NCBI GenBank assembly: GCA_963822445.1
Contig: CAWGHO010000002.1
Location: forward strand, 2,080,001 to 2,144,000
Direction of reading: 5' to 3'
Source of the DNA: an uncultured Acidobacteriota bacterium
Lineage (GTDB): Bacteria > Acidobacteriota > Thermoanaerobaculia > Gp7-AA8
DNA length: 64,000 nucleotides
Shown: in pieces, positions 1-11,735 of the stretch
How positions within the stretch are numbered: position 1 is the first letter of the stretch
How the letters are laid out: the number at the start of each line of letters is the position of its first letter
Notes under the pieces: generated by a model
What the model saw: the letters and a program-made list of their open reading frames with translations, nothing else
Told to the model about the DNA's origin: nothing
The model's database searches: none
Made by a program: the position numbers and the translations under genes

Positions 1-2
1 GT

Positions 3-554
3 TGCAGGCAGAAGATGGCCAACCAGCCCCGCTACGACTCATTGGAAGCCAGCGATTTCTTCCAGGACGGTATGTCTGCGCGTCCGCGAATCGCGGGCAC
101 TGTCGCGCGCGGCGAGCTTGCGAGCAACCCGCTGATCGAGACAGGGAAGGTCAACGGCGCGATCGTCGATGGCTTCCCGTTCCCCGTCACGATGGCCGTC
201 GTCAATCGCGGCGAGGAGCGCTTCAACATCTATTGCTCGCAGTGCCACGGCCGCGCCGGCGACGGCAACGGAATGATTCCGTCGCGCGGTTATCGCCGTC
301 CGCCGTCGTTCCACACCGAGACACTTCGCGCCGCGAAGACAGGACATTTCTTCGACGTCATGACCAATGGATTCGGCGCGATGCCGCCGTACAAGACCAT
401 GATTCCCGCGCGCGACCGCTGGGCCATCGTCGCCTACATCCGCGCGTTGCAACTCAGCCAGCACGCCACTGTGAATGACGTTCCCGTCGCCGATCGCGCC
501 AGGCTCGATCAGACGACGCAAGCCGCGCAACCGGAACACGGAGGAGGGCACTAG
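3..554 (+). CDS. actE: Alternative complex III monoheme cytochrome c subunit ActE (5' end outside window)
   Basis: CSQCH heme motif and GAMPPY Met ligand. Frame is open to the window edge, reading C-R-Q-K-M-A-N-Q-P (lipoprotein Cys typical of ActE). Precedes ActF and the cox genes. Confidence 0.8.
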   Translation, partial: CRQKMANQPRYDSLEASDFFQDGMSARPRIAGTVARGELASNPLIETGKVNGAIVDGFPFPVTMAVVNRGEERFNIYCSQCHGRAGDGNGMIPSRGYRRPPSFHTETLRAAKTGHFFDVMTNGFGAMPPYKTMIPARDRWAIVAYIRALQLSQHATVNDVPVADRARLDQTTQAAQPEHGGGH

Positions 555-1741
555 TGGCTGAAGCCCGCCCTCACTCCACCGGCGTCGCGCGCGCTCAGGT
601 TCCGGCGTTGATCGTCGGCGTCCTCGGCATCGTTCTGTCGATCGTCGGCTTCATGACCAGCGCCGATGCGTTCTACAAAGCCTGGCTGCCTGCGTTCCTG
701 TTCTGGTTCTTGATTGCCGCCGGCTCACTGGCCGTGTTGATGCTGCAGTACGTCACCGGCGGCGAGTGGGGCCTGATGATCCGCCGCCCGCTCGGCGCCG
801 CCGCACGCACGCTCCCGATCTTCATTCTCTTCGGCATCCCCATCGCCCTCGGCCTCCCCGAGATTTATGAATGGGCGCGTCCCGAGGCGGCGAAGGATCA
901 TCTGCTCGCGCAGAAAGCGCTGTGGCTCAATCCGCAGGGCTGGATCATCCGCGCGCTCATCTACTTCGCATTGTGGGCATTGTGGGCGTGGCGTCTGCGC
1001 GTGCTGTCGTTGAAGTTCTACGAAGACCGCTCGCCGTACACCGAGCTCTCCCGCCGTAAATGGGCCGCCTCCGGACTGCTGATGATCGTCATGACCCTCA
1101 CTTTGACTTCGGTCGACTGGGTCATGTCCCTCGAGCCGAAGTGGTACTCGTCGATGTTCGGCATCAGCTTCACCGTCGGCGCGGGCCTCTCCGCGTTCGC
1201 GTTCGTGACCTTCTTCCTGACGCTGATCGCCGGTACGGGCGCGATGGAAGGCATTCTCAAGTCCTCCCATTTCCGCGACCTCGGCAACCTGATGCTGGCC
1301 TTCACCATGCTGTGGGGCTACACGGCCTTCTCGCAGTTCCTGCTGATCTGGTACGGCAACATCAAGGAAGAAACGCCTTACTACCTCAAGCGCATGCACG
1401 GCGGGTGGGGAGTGATGGCCGCGGCGCTGATCATCTTCCACTTCTTCCTGCCGTTCTTCATGCTGCTGATGCGCGCCATCAAAGACCGGCCGAAGACCAT
1501 CGCCATCGTCACGATCATTCTGCTGTTCATGCGCTTCGTGGACATTTACTGGCTGGTCGCCCCCGCGCATCACGGCGATCATTTCTATTTCTCCTGGATC
1601 ACCCTCGTCGCATTCCTCGGCATCGGAGGTCTCTGGCTGGCCGCGTTCATCTGGCAGCTCAAGGGGCAGACCATCATTCCGATTCACGAGTCCTGGGTCG
1701 ACGAAGCAATTCGCGAGGGAGCGCTTACTCGCAATGCCTGA
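554..1741 (+). CDS. actF: Alternative complex III membrane subunit ActF
   Basis: About 10 TM helices with DWVMSLEPKWYSSMFG and YTAFSQFLLIWYGN motifs; position in the ACIII-cox operon. Confidence 0.85.
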   Translation: MAEARPHSTGVARAQVPALIVGVLGIVLSIVGFMTSADAFYKAWLPAFLFWFLIAAGSLAVLMLQYVTGGEWGLMIRRPLGAAARTLPIFILFGIPIALGLPEIYEWARPEAAKDHLLAQKALWLNPQGWIIRALIYFALWALWAWRLRVLSLKFYEDRSPYTELSRRKWAASGLLMIVMTLTLTSVDWVMSLEPKWYSSMFGISFTVGAGLSAFAFVTFFLTLIAGTGAMEGILKSSHFRDLGNLMLAFTMLWGYTAFSQFLLIWYGNIKEETPYYLKRMHGGWGVMAAALIIFHFFLPFFMLLMRAIKDRPKTIAIVTIILLFMRFVDIYWLVAPAHHGDHFYFSWITLVAFLGIGGLWLAAFIWQLKGQTIIPIHESWVDEAIREGALTRNA

Positions 1742-2174
1742 GCACATCCGCTACGAAGACGACGACCTGTTCAATCCCGAGACTCACCACGAGTCGACGG
1801 ACGTGCCGGTGCGTCCTCTGTTCTGGTTCATTGCGATCTTCATCGTCTTTTCCGTGCTCAGCCACTTCGCGCTCTGGTTCATGTACAAGGTGTTGGTAAA
1901 GGGTGAGCGGAAGCGGATGGATCCGCCGCAGACCGCCGTGACCCGCCCCGCCGACGCTTCGGTTCCCCAGAATCAGCCGCTGCTGCAACCGTTCCCGCGC
2001 GGCGAAGTTCCTCCGAATCGCAATACACCGGTCACGGACATGGCCGACATGCGCGCGGCCGAGGATCAGGTGCTCAACAACTACGCCTGGGTGGATAAAG
2101 AGCGCGGCGTCGTGCGCATCCCCATCAGGAATGCGAAAGAGCTGATCGTGCAACGGGCCGGGGGGACGCAGTGA
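1734..2174 (+). CDS. ACIII-associated single-TM protein (ActG-like)
   Basis: One TM and a C-terminal YAWVDKERGVVRIPI motif; lies between actF and sco with overlapping ends. Confidence 0.6.
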   Translation: MPEHIRYEDDDLFNPETHHESTDVPVRPLFWFIAIFIVFSVLSHFALWFMYKVLVKGERKRMDPPQTAVTRPADASVPQNQPLLQPFPRGEVPPNRNTPVTDMADMRAAEDQVLNNYAWVDKERGVVRIPIRNAKELIVQRAGGTQ

Positions 2175-2941
2175 AGCGCCTGGCTTTCCTCGTTTTGCTC
2201 GCGACGGTCGCGTTCGGCCAGCAGGACCCTCCCCAGATCAAAATCGCCCAGAAACTCAACAACCAGATCCCGCTCGACCTCATGTTCCGCGACTCGACTG
2301 GCAAGGTCGTCCGTCTGCGCGAATACTTCAACAACGGCCGGCCGGTCATCCTCAACTTCGTCTACTTCCGCTGCCCGATGCTCTGCCCGATGGTGCTCGA
2401 GGGCACGACCACGTCGCTCACGCACCTCAAGTTCGACATCGGCAAGCAATTCGACGTCATCACCGTCAGCATCGACCCGCGGGACAGTCCCAAACATGCC
2501 GCGGAATTGAAGGACAAGTACATTCGCCATTACGGGCGTCTCGACTCCGCCAGCGGCTGGCATTTCCTGACCGCGCATGAGACGGCCATCAAGAAGCTGA
2601 CGGAAGCGGTCGGATTTCAGTTCGAATACGACAGCAGAACCGACCAGTTCGCGCACGGCGCGGCCCTGTTCGTCCTGACGCCCGACGGTCGCATGTCGCG
2701 TTACTTCTACGGCTTCGAATTCAAGCCGCGCGATCTGCGCCTGGCCATCGTCGAGGCCTCGGCCGGCAAAGTCGGCAACGCCGTCGACGAGCTTCTGCTC
2801 CTCTGTTTTCACTATGACCCCGCGACCGGCAAATACAGCCGTAACGCGATGATGTTCGCCCGCGCCGGTGGCGTGACCACCGTGCTGGCGCTGGGCAGCT
2901 TCATCTTCGTGATGTTCCGCAAAGAGCGCACCGATCGATGA
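2171..2941 (+). CDS. SCO1/SenC copper chaperone
   Basis: CPMLC (CxxxC) plus FAHG His; signal peptide and C-terminal TM; directly before coxB. Confidence 0.9.
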   Translation: MKRLAFLVLLATVAFGQQDPPQIKIAQKLNNQIPLDLMFRDSTGKVVRLREYFNNGRPVILNFVYFRCPMLCPMVLEGTTTSLTHLKFDIGKQFDVITVSIDPRDSPKHAAELKDKYIRHYGRLDSASGWHFLTAHETAIKKLTEAVGFQFEYDSRTDQFAHGAALFVLTPDGRMSRYFYGFEFKPRDLRLAIVEASAGKVGNAVDELLLLCFHYDPATGKYSRNAMMFARAGGVTTVLALGSFIFVMFRKERTDR

Positions 2942-3927
2942 ACGACTTTCCTCTTTTTCCAGAGCAGGCCTCGACCGTCGCACCGCTCGTCGACGGGCTG
3001 TATCTCGGCCTCGTCGTCGTCTGCGGCGCGGTCTCGCTCCTGATCTGGTTCGCGATTTTTTATCTGGCCATCAAGTACCGGCGCCGTCCCGACAATGAGC
3101 TCGCTCAGGAGCAGGAGCCGCCTACTTCGCTCGAACTGACCTGGACGATCGTTCCGACGATCATCTTCATGCTCATCTTCGTTGCCGGGGCCTGGGTGTT
3201 CTTCCGCATCCAGCGCGTGCCCGCGAACGCCATCGAGGTTTACGCGACCGGCCGCCAGTGGATGTGGAAGTTCCAGCATCCGACCGGCCAGCGCGAGATC
3301 AATACCCTGCACGTCCCCGTCAACCGGCCAATCAAGATCACCATGGCCTCGGAAGACGTGATTCACAGCCTCTGGTTCCCCTATTTCCGCGTCAAAAACG
3401 ACGTTCTGCCGAACCGCTATCGCACGATGTGGTTCGAGGCGACGAAGACCGGCAAGTTCCATATCTTCTGCGCCGAATATTGTGGAACGCAGCACTCCGG
3501 AATGATCGGCTGGGTGATCGTGATGGAGCCGACCGAATACCAGCGCTGGCTGGCCGGTGGGGCCGAGGGGTCGCTTGCGTCGCAGGGGGAGAAACTGTTC
3601 GAGAAATACGCGTGCAATACCTGCCACATGAACACGGCCGGAGCGCGCGGACCTGTTCTGGCGGGCATTTACAACAAGACCCGGCCGCTGGCGGACGGGC
3701 GGTCGATCGTCGCGGACGACAATTACATCCGTGAGTCGATTCTCAATCCGACGGCGAAGATCGCCGCGGGCTTCCAACCGATCATGCCGGTCTTCCAGGG
3801 GCAGTTGAACGAGGAAGATCTGCTGCGCCTGCTCGCGTACGTGAAGTCCGTCGGTGCGGAGCAGCCCGCCGGTGTAGTGCAGGCCTCCGGCCTGCCTTCA
3901 GGTCCCACACAAGGTAATCAGCAATGA
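2938..3927 (+). CDS. coxB: Cytochrome c oxidase subunit II with fused cytochrome c (caa3 type)
   Basis: DVIHS and [12 protein letters not shown] CuA ligands; C-terminal CNTCH heme c motif. Confidence 0.95.
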   Translation: MNDFPLFPEQASTVAPLVDGLYLGLVVVCGAVSLLIWFAIFYLAIKYRRRPDNELAQEQEPPTSLELTWTIVPTIIFMLIFVAGAWVFFRIQRVPANAIEVYATGRQWMWKFQHPTGQREINTLHVPVNRPIKITMASEDVIHSLWFPYFRVKNDVLPNRYRTMWFEATKTGKFHIFCAEYCGTQHSGMIGWVIVMEPTEYQRWLAGGAEGSLASQGEKLFEKYACNTCHMNTAGARGPVLAGIYNKTRPLADGRSIVADDNYIRESILNPTAKIAAGFQPIMPVFQGQLNEEDLLRLLAYVKSVGAEQPAGVVQASGLPSGPTQGNQQ

Positions 3928-5579
3928 CCACGACCACGATCGAGCAACCGTTCATCGACCCGACCGAGGGGCGGCGGAACTACATCAACGACGAGTACGG
4001 CGCGCTTTCGTGGCTCCTGACCAAGGACCACAAGCGCATCGCAATCCTTTACCTGTTCTCGGTGACGCTTTTCTTCGTCGTCGGCGGCATCTTCGCGTTT
4101 CTGATGCGCCTCGAGCTGCTCACGCCCGAAGGCGACATGTTCACCTCGGACACCTACAACAAGTTCTTCACGCTGCACGGCATCGTGATGATCTTCTTCT
4201 TCCTCATTCCGGCCATTCCTGCGGTGATAGGCAATTTCATCCTGCCGATCATGCTCGGCGCCAAAGACCTCGCCTTTCCCAAGCTCAACCTGCTGAGCTG
4301 GTACATCTACATGATCGGCGGGACGTTCGGCGTCATCGTCATCATCACCGGTGGCGTCGATACGGGTTGGACCTTCTACACGCCTTATTCGACGCAATAC
4401 TCGAATTCCAAAGTCTTCCTGACCACCCTCGGCGCGTTCATTACAGGCTTTTCGTCGATCCTCACGGGTCTGAACTTCCTCGTGACCATTCACCGGATGC
4501 GCGCGCCGGGATTGACCTGGTTCCGCCTGCCGCTGTTCGTCTGGTCGATGTACGGCACGAGCGTGATCATCATGCTGGCCACGCCCGTGCTGGCCATTAC
4601 GCTGGTGATGCTGATGGTCGAGCGGGTCCTGCAGGTGGGCATCTTCGATCCCGCATTGGGCGGTGATCCCGTCCTGTACCAGCACATGTTCTGGTTCTAC
4701 TCCCACCCGGCCGTGTACATCATGGTTCTGCCAGGCATGGCCGTGATCTCGGAGTGCGTGGCGGCGTTCACGCGCAAGCGGATCTTCGGCTACAAGTTCG
4801 TGGCCTTCTCATCGCTCGCGATCGCGTTCCTGAGTTTTCTCGTGTGGGCGCACCATCTGTTCGTGGCCGGTATTTCCATTTACTCGGCCATGATCTTTTC
4901 CTTCCTGTCGATGCTCGTGGCCGTGCCCTCGGCGATCAAAGTCTTCAACTGGACGGCCACGATGTACAAAGGCTCGGTGTCCTGGCAGACGCCGATGCTG
5001 TACGTCCTCGGATTCATCGGTCTGTTCACGATCGGCGGAGTGACGGGTCTGTTCCTCGCCGCATTGGGCGTCGACGTGCACGTTCACGACAGTTACTTCG
5101 TCGTCGCGCACTTCCATTACGTCATGGTCGGAGGCACGATCATGGCCTACCTCGCGGGCATTCATTACTGGTGGCCAAAGATCACCGGCCGCATGTATCC
5201 GGAGTGGTGGGCGCGCTTGTCGGCGCTTCTGGTCTTCGTCGGCTTCAATCTGACCTTTTTTCCGCAGTTTCTGGTCGGTTATGTCGGCATGCCCCGGCGC
5301 TATCACGCGTATGCGCCGGAGTTTCAGGTGCTCAACGTGCTCTCGACCGCGGGCGCTACTGTCCTGGCGGTCGGGTACATCCTTCCCATGCTTTACCTGA
5401 CCTGGTCGCTGAAGTTCGGCCGCAAGGCGGGAACGAATCCGTGGGGCGCTGTCGGTCTGGAATGGGCGACGTCATCGCCTCCGCCGAAGGAAAACTTCCA
5501 CGTCACACCCGTCGTGACCTGGGATGCCTACGACTATCCGGCGTTCCTCAGAGCGATGAAGGAGACGCAGGATGCCTAA
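3924..5579 (+). CDS. coxA: Cytochrome c oxidase subunit I, type A2
   Basis: [10 protein letters not shown] (YS motif of type A2), WAHH and VAHFHY heme/Cu ligands. Confidence 0.97.
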   Translation: MTTTTIEQPFIDPTEGRRNYINDEYGALSWLLTKDHKRIAILYLFSVTLFFVVGGIFAFLMRLELLTPEGDMFTSDTYNKFFTLHGIVMIFFFLIPAIPAVIGNFILPIMLGAKDLAFPKLNLLSWYIYMIGGTFGVIVIITGGVDTGWTFYTPYSTQYSNSKVFLTTLGAFITGFSSILTGLNFLVTIHRMRAPGLTWFRLPLFVWSMYGTSVIIMLATPVLAITLVMLMVERVLQVGIFDPALGGDPVLYQHMFWFYSHPAVYIMVLPGMAVISECVAAFTRKRIFGYKFVAFSSLAIAFLSFLVWAHHLFVAGISIYSAMIFSFLSMLVAVPSAIKVFNWTATMYKGSVSWQTPMLYVLGFIGLFTIGGVTGLFLAALGVDVHVHDSYFVVAHFHYVMVGGTIMAYLAGIHYWWPKITGRMYPEWWARLSALLVFVGFNLTFFPQFLVGYVGMPRRYHAYAPEFQVLNVLSTAGATVLAVGYILPMLYLTWSLKFGRKAGTNPWGAVGLEWATSSPPPKENFHVTPVVTWDAYDYPAFLRAMKETQDA

Positions 5580-6282
5580 CAATCCGACGCTCTACGATCT
5601 GCGCCATCCCGGATCGCCCGAGGAGGAGCCGGAGCTCGGGCATCACCACCCGTTCCTGCAACACCATTTCGAAGACCTCGGCCAGCAGCACGAGGCTTCG
5701 ACGCTGGGCATGTGGTTCTTCGTCGCCCAGGAGATCCTCTTCTTCGGCGGCGTCTTTTGCGCGTATTTCATTTACCGGGCGATGTATCCCGACGCCTGGA
5801 AGGCCGGGTCGCTCCATCAGAACTGGCAGATCGGCGCGGCCAACACCATTGTGCTCATCGGCAGCTCACTGACCATGGCTCTCGCGGTCTGGGGTGCGCA
5901 GGGCGCGCGGCGGAAGTTCACCACGCTAATGCTCGTGCTGACACTGATCCTCGGCGGGATCTTCGTCGGCGTGAAGGGTTACGAGTACGCCGATCACATT
6001 CATCACGGCCTGTTCCCCGGCGCGAATTTCACGTATGTCGAGGCGGCCAATCCGGCGCTGACGCGCGGGGTCGAGCTGTTCATGACGTTCTACTTCACGA
6101 TGACCGGCCTGCACGCCCTGCATATGGTCATCGGCGCGGGACTGCTCTTGTACTTCATCCGCCGCGCGTGGCGTGGCGACTTCGGTCCCGAGTATTACGG
6201 ACCGGTGGAGATCATGGGCCTGTACTGGCACTTCGTCGACATCGTCTGGATCTTCCTCTTCCCGTTGCTTTATCTGGTCTGA
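5572..6282 (+). CDS. coxC: Cytochrome c oxidase subunit III
   Basis: TGLHALH and [20 protein letters not shown] motifs. Confidence 0.95.
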   Translation: MPNNPTLYDLRHPGSPEEEPELGHHHPFLQHHFEDLGQQHEASTLGMWFFVAQEILFFGGVFCAYFIYRAMYPDAWKAGSLHQNWQIGAANTIVLIGSSLTMALAVWGAQGARRKFTTLMLVLTLILGGIFVGVKGYEYADHIHHGLFPGANFTYVEAANPALTRGVELFMTFYFTMTGLHALHMVIGAGLLLYFIRRAWRGDFGPEYYGPVEIMGLYWHFVDIVWIFLFPLLYLV

Positions 6283-6289
6283 GGCGCGA

Positions 6290-6628
6290 ATGGCTGACAC
6301 TCACCATCCCGATCACGAAACGTACAGCGGCCACGCCGCGCCGCATCACCAGGCGCCGCTCTTCGCGTATTTCGCCGTCTTCATCGCCCTGATGGTCCTG
6401 ACCGTGCTCACGGTCTGGGTCTCCCGCATCGACCTCGGCGCCTGGAACACAGGCGTGGCCATGGCCATCGCCATCGTGAAGGCCACGGTGGTCATCCTCT
6501 GGTTCATGCACGTGATCCACTCGCCGCGCCTGACCTGGATCGTGGTGATTTCCTCGTTCCTGTGGCTGGGGGTCTTGTTCGTACTGACGTTCAGCGATTA
6601 CCTGACTAGGGCCTGGAACATTTACTGA
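6290..6628 (+). CDS. coxD: Cytochrome c oxidase subunit IV family protein
   Basis: Three TM helices with KATVVILWFMH motif; ATG at 6290 just after the coxC stop. Confidence 0.85.
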   Translation: MADTHHPDHETYSGHAAPHHQAPLFAYFAVFIALMVLTVLTVWVSRIDLGAWNTGVAMAIAIVKATVVILWFMHVIHSPRLTWIVVISSFLWLGVLFVLTFSDYLTRAWNIY

Positions 6629-6665
6629 GAGTTGAAGGCGCCCGCCATCCGGGTGCGTTACCGTC

Positions 6666-7574
6666 ATGCTCGTGCCGCGACTGGTCATTGCCCTCGCGTT
6701 CGCGTTTCTCGCCTGCAGTTCGACCGCCCGCTTCCCTGTAAAGCCCGAGGTTTTCATCAGCGAGTTTCGTGCGGCGGAAGGGCTGACGTTCAATGCCGCG
6801 GGGCAGCTCTTCATCGGTGCGAACAGCGGTGTGTGGATCGCCACCCCCGACGGCAAGGTCACGCGGATCGCCGACGTAACCACCCACCTCGGACAGGCCG
6901 GCACTGGCGCGCGGGACATCCTTGCCGCTGATTTCGGCCCGACGAACATCTTCCGCGACGGTCCCAACGACGACGGTATCGTCTGGCGGATTACGCCGGA
7001 AGGTACGAAAACCGTCGTTGCGACCGGGATCGCCGACCCGAATTTCATTCTCGTGCTGCCGGATGGGTCGTGGCTCGTCTCGGATGACGGCGTCGACAAG
7101 ATTTATCGAATTCGCGACGGGAAGACCGAGGTCTGGTCGAGCGCGGTCGCGTATCCGAACGGCCTCGCCCTTTCACCCGATGGCCGCACCTTGTATGTGG
7201 CTCAGATCTTCACGCAGTTGAAGCCGATCGTGTTCGACAACAGGACCTGGTCGATTCCGCTCACTGCGGACTTCGATCCTGCCGGACCGCCGGTGCTTCT
7301 CGCGCGGACCGGCAACGGCGGAGTGGACGGCCTGGCCGTCGACGAGTCGGGCTTCGTTTATGTCGCCGACAATCAGGGCGGCAAGATCTGGCGCGTCGAT
7401 CCGAAGAACGGCGCGGTCACCGTCGTCGCCGAGGGCATGCCGAATGTCGCCAGTCTGGTGTTCGGCGAAGGGAAATTCGATCGCAATGCGATTTACGCGA
7501 CGTCGACCGAAAAAGGCGGCGGCACGATCTGGAAAATCCGCTTAGGCGCGCGCGGCGCCCGACTCACTCGTTGA
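6666..7574 (+). CDS. SMP-30/gluconolactonase-family beta-propeller lipoprotein
   Basis: Lipobox FLAC; AEG, PNGLALSPDGRTLYVA and DGLAVD repeats. Confidence 0.85.
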   Translation: MLVPRLVIALAFAFLACSSTARFPVKPEVFISEFRAAEGLTFNAAGQLFIGANSGVWIATPDGKVTRIADVTTHLGQAGTGARDILAADFGPTNIFRDGPNDDGIVWRITPEGTKTVVATGIADPNFILVLPDGSWLVSDDGVDKIYRIRDGKTEVWSSAVAYPNGLALSPDGRTLYVAQIFTQLKPIVFDNRTWSIPLTADFDPAGPPVLLARTGNGGVDGLAVDESGFVYVADNQGGKIWRVDPKNGAVTVVAEGMPNVASLVFGEGKFDRNAIYATSTEKGGGTIWKIRLGARGARLTR

Positions 7575-9269
7575 CGCGCTCGGCCCTCATCTCCCGCCCG
7601 CCCTGGTGCAGCGTCACCGCCGTCGCCTTTCCATCCGCGCCCATGTGAAAGACCAGGCGCGCGCGCACGCCGACGGCGGCGAACTCGATCGCCGACTCTT
7701 GCGTCAGTGCCACTTTCGGTTGTCCAGTGGCCTGGCTCACGAGCTTCCCGTCTTCGAGGAAGAACGAGAGGATGAAGTTTGGCATCAGCTGATAGCGCCC
7801 GACGAACGCGTCCAGCGGGTACTTCATCTCGATAGGCGCCGCGGGCTTCTCCAGCCGCTCGATGACCTTGCGGGCATTCTCGTTCTTCGGGTCGAGCTCC
7901 AGTGACTTGCGGTAATTCAGGAGCGCGAGCTCCTTGTTGACGGCCGCCGCATACGCTTCGCCCAAGCTGTCGTAAGGATTGGAAGCCTCGGGGAACATCT
8001 CCACGTTCAGCTTGAAGACCTCAATTGCATCCGCGGTGCGTCCCTGTTGAAGCAGGGAGTAGCCGAGACTGTTCAGTTCTGACTCGCGGAAGTCGTATTC
8101 GTCGGGCTTCTGTTTTCGCAGTTCGCGATAGCGCGCCACGATCTCCGCGCCGCTCTTTGCCACAACGCTTTGCAGCTCGTCGACGAGCGACTTCCGCGGC
8201 TGCCGCGGCTCGATCCCACGAAGGATGCTGAAAATGCTCGCGGCAAGCTCCTGGAGCTTGTCGCCGCGCGAGGTGTTGTCGAGCAGCACCACCAGCTCTT
8301 TTCGCTCCGGCACGCGCACGAGCAAAGTGCTGAAGCCATGAATGCCGCCGCTGTGCGAGATCGTATCGAGCTCGATCTTCTGATCATCGAGTTTCTTCTT
8401 CGACATCACCCAGCCGAAGCCGTAATTCTCGAGCGTCGCCGTGAACATCTGTTTCTTCAGATCGTCAGTGAGCAGCTTGTCGGTGTAGAGGGCGCGATCC
8501 CACAGATACAGATCTTCAACGGTCGAATAAAGCGATCCCGCCGAGTAGGGAATGGTCATGTCGAGATACGGCGCATTGATGTACGTGCCGCCGACAGCGC
8601 GTAACCGCTGGCCCGCTTCGGAATGATGGGCGTCGACAGATCGTAGCCGGACGCCTTCATGCCCAATGGAGCGAAGATCCGCTCCTGCACGGCCTCCGCG
8701 TACGTTTTGCCGGTGATCTTCTCGATGATCGCGCCCAGGAGGAAATAGGCGGAGTTGTTGTAAGCCCACTTCGTTCCCGGCTCGAATTCGAGGTCGCCGC
8801 TTGCGAATTTCTTTACGAACGCGGCGACGGTGTAAGGATCGCGCGCTTCGTTCGCGAAGAAGCCGGGCATGCCCGTGTAGCTGGGAATCCCACTCGTGTG
8901 ATTGAGCAGTTGGGCGATGGTGATGCGGTCGCCGGTGTCTTTCCGGTAATCGGAAAGATGCGTGGTGATGCGATCGTCGAGCTCGAGCTTCCCCTCGGCC
9001 ACCAGTTGCAGGATGACCATCGACGTGAATTGCTTGGTGATCGACGCAAGCCGGAAACGTGTATCCGGCGTGTTCGGGATCTGCCACTCGAAGTTCGCGT
9101 AGCCGTAGCCCTTCTTATGGACCACGCCCGACGCGTCGGCGACGAGCGCGGAGCCGTTGAACTGGCGCAGCTCGTTGTACTTGCGGAGCAGCTTGTCGAT
9201 GCTCTCCGCTTTGGTTGCGGCGAAGAGTGGGGTAGTGAAAGCGAGGCAGAGAAGGATCGCGAGGCGCAT
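7564..9269 (-). pseudogene. Beta-lactamase-family serine hydrolase with TPR and C-terminal domain; one frameshift near 8596
   Basis: SxxK (ASITK), LLNHTSG and YNN in the 8556-9269 frame; AGSLYST, HSGG and TPR in the 7564 frame. Frames join with one missing base at ...TAC GCG CT GTC GGC... Confidence 0.8.
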
Positions 9270-9290
9270 GGCCGCGGAGCCTACCGCAAC

Positions 9291-10631
9291 TCACCGCCGT
9301 GCCAGCGGTTCGATCTCGTTTCGTGACAGCCGCTCGAATCGCAGATAGAGAATCACCGCCACGACGGTCAGCCCCGCGCAGAGGCCCCACCACAATCCGA
9401 CAATCCCCAGCTCCCGTTCGAACCCAAGATAAAGCGCGATCGGCAGCCCGATCGCCCAGTGGCCGAGGACGTTCGCGTAAAACGTGAATTTCGTGTCGCC
9501 TGCTCCGCGCAGCACGCCACCGCCGACTGCCTGAATTCCGTCCGAGAGTTGAAAGTACGCCGCGACGAGAAACAGGGGCAGGGCGGTGGTGATCACCGCC
9601 TCCTGGTTCGTGAACAGGCGCGCGAGCGGGCGCGGGATGGTCAGGAAGGCCAGTGCCGCCAGCGACATCACGCCGGCTCCGGCGACGAAGGCGACGTGCC
9701 CGGCGATGCGCGTTGCAGCCGCGTTGCGTGAACCGACGCCCAGGCCCACGCGGACGGATCCCGCGGCTGAGACGCCGAGCGCCGCGGTGTACGTGAATGA
9801 CGCGAGGCCGATCACGAGCTGGTGCGCGGCCAGATCGAGCGTCCCCAGTCGCGCCGCGAGCACGGCTACCAGCGCAAACACGCCGACCTCCGCGCCCATC
9901 TGCAATCCCACCGGCAGTCCGACCCGGAACGCATTGCGGATCTCCGCGCGATTGAACCGGTGATCGAACGGCTCGCCGATGTCGATCTTCCGCACGGCCA
10001 CGGCCACGATCCACAGCTCGACAATTGTGCAGATCACCGTCGCCATCGCCGCGCCGGCAACGCCGAACGCGGGGATCTTCCACCAGCCGAACACGAAAAT
10101 GATGTCGCCGATGAGGTTCAACACGTTCGCCACGACCATCGCCACGACCAGCGGCTTCGTCTTGCCGTACGCCTGCAGATACGCGCGCACGACGAAGAAC
10201 AGCAGGAACGGCGCGAGGCTGAGCGTGCGCACGAGGAGGTACGTGCGGCCGGGCTCGATCAGTTCCGGCTCGACGCCCATGGAAGGAATGGCGACCGCCG
10301 CCGCGACGAGAACGGCCGACAACGCGGCCGTCACGATCAATCCCAGCCAGACGCCCTGCCACATGATCTGCCGGGCCCGTACGCGGTCGCCGGCGCCGAT
10401 GGCCTGGGAGATCATCGGGTCGATTCCGAACATCATCCCCATGCCGATCACGGAGATGGAGAAGAAGACCGCATTGCCGAGACCGGACGCCGCGAGCTCG
10501 CGCGCGCCGAGGCGGCCCAGGACGGAGACGTCGACCAGGCCCATGAGCTGCGTGCCCGCCTGCGCCGCCGCCAGGGGCGCGGCCAGGCGGAACAGCTGCC
10601 CGATTTCCGTACGTACCGCCGAACCGCGCAT
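9291..10631 (-). CDS. MATE family efflux transporter (NorM-like)
   Basis: 12 TM pattern; RLGARELAASGLG, FQLSDGIQAV and GVLRGAGDT motifs. Confidence 0.93.
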   Translation of the reverse strand: MRGSAVRTEIGQLFRLAAPLAAAQAGTQLMGLVDVSVLGRLGARELAASGLGNAVFFSISVIGMGMMFGIDPMISQAIGAGDRVRARQIMWQGVWLGLIVTAALSAVLVAAAVAIPSMGVEPELIEPGRTYLLVRTLSLAPFLLFFVVRAYLQAYGKTKPLVVAMVVANVLNLIGDIIFVFGWWKIPAFGVAGAAMATVICTIVELWIVAVAVRKIDIGEPFDHRFNRAEIRNAFRVGLPVGLQMGAEVGVFALVAVLAARLGTLDLAAHQLVIGLASFTYTAALGVSAAGSVRVGLGVGSRNAAATRIAGHVAFVAGAGVMSLAALAFLTIPRPLARLFTNQEAVITTALPLFLVAAYFQLSDGIQAVGGGVLRGAGDTKFTFYANVLGHWAIGLPIALYLGFERELGIVGLWWGLCAGLTVVAVILYLRFERLSRNEIEPLARR

Positions 10632-10701
10632 GAGGGGCGGGATTCTAGTAGGATTACCCGCTTTTTAACGACACTCTCCGAATCACAAGGACGTTCCCAC
10701 C

Positions 10702-11730
10702 ATGCGATATCTCGTCACCGGCGGCGCCGGTTTCATCGGATCGAATTTCATCCGCTACCTCTTCAACAAATACGGCGACGACGCCCAGGTCGTGAACCTG
10801 GACAAACTCACGTACGCCGGCATCCGCGAGAACCTCGCCGAATACGAAGGCAAGCCGAACTACCGCTTTCTGCAGGGCGATATCGCCAAACCGGAGGATG
10901 TGGCCGAGGGGTACAAGGGCGTCGATGGAAGTGGCGTGGATGTGGTGGTGAACTTCGCCGCCGAAACGCACGTCGATCGCTCGCTGATGGAAGCGGGGAC
11001 GTTCATCGAGACGGACGTTCACGGCGTGCTGGTCCTGCTCGAGGAAGCGAAGAAACTCGCCCCGAATCTGAAGCGCTTCGTGCAGATCTCGACCGATGAA
11101 GTCTACGGCTCGATCGATTCGGGGTCGTTTACCGAGAGCGATCCGCTCAATCCGCGAAATCCGTACTCCGCGTCGAAAGCCGGCGGGGATCGCATGGCTT
11201 ACGCGTACGCGCAGACGTACGGCATGCCGGTGATCGTCACCCGCGCCTCGAACAACTTCGGGCCGTTCCAGTATCCGGAAAAGCTCATCCCCCTGTTTGT
11301 CACGAACGCGATCGACGACCTGCCGCTGCCGCTCTACGGCGACGGCCGCAATGTCCGCGACTGGTTGTTCGTCGAAGACCACTGCGCGGCCATCGACTTC
11401 CTGATCGAGCACGGCACGAACTCGGAGACCTACAACATCGGCGGCGGCAACGAGCGCGAGAATCGCGAGATCACTTCGCGGATCCTCGAGCTGACCGGGA
11501 AACCGGACTCGCTCATCAAGCGCGTCGCCGATCGCCAGGGTCACGACCGCCGCTACTCCATCGACACCACCAAACTCGAATCCCTCGGATTCAAGCTGAC
11601 CACGAACTTCGACCAGGCCCTGGAAAAGACCGTCGAGTGGTACGTGAAGAATGAGCCGTGGTGGCGGGCGATCAAGGAGCGGAGCGCCGAGTACCGCGCG
11701 TATTACGAGAAGCAGTACGCGAACCGGTAG
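10702..11730 (+). CDS. rfbB: dTDP-glucose 4,6-dehydratase
   Basis: GGAGFIG, LDKLTYAG, AAETHVDRS, STDEVYG, YSASK and GHDRRY motifs. Confidence 0.96.
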   Translation: MRYLVTGGAGFIGSNFIRYLFNKYGDDAQVVNLDKLTYAGIRENLAEYEGKPNYRFLQGDIAKPEDVAEGYKGVDGSGVDVVVNFAAETHVDRSLMEAGTFIETDVHGVLVLLEEAKKLAPNLKRFVQISTDEVYGSIDSGSFTESDPLNPRNPYSASKAGGDRMAYAYAQTYGMPVIVTRASNNFGPFQYPEKLIPLFVTNAIDDLPLPLYGDGRNVRDWLFVEDHCAAIDFLIEHGTNSETYNIGGGNERENREITSRILELTGKPDSLIKRVADRQGHDRRYSIDTTKLESLGFKLTTNFDQALEKTVEWYVKNEPWWRAIKERSAEYRAYYEKQYANR

Positions 11731-11735
11731 GCGGT

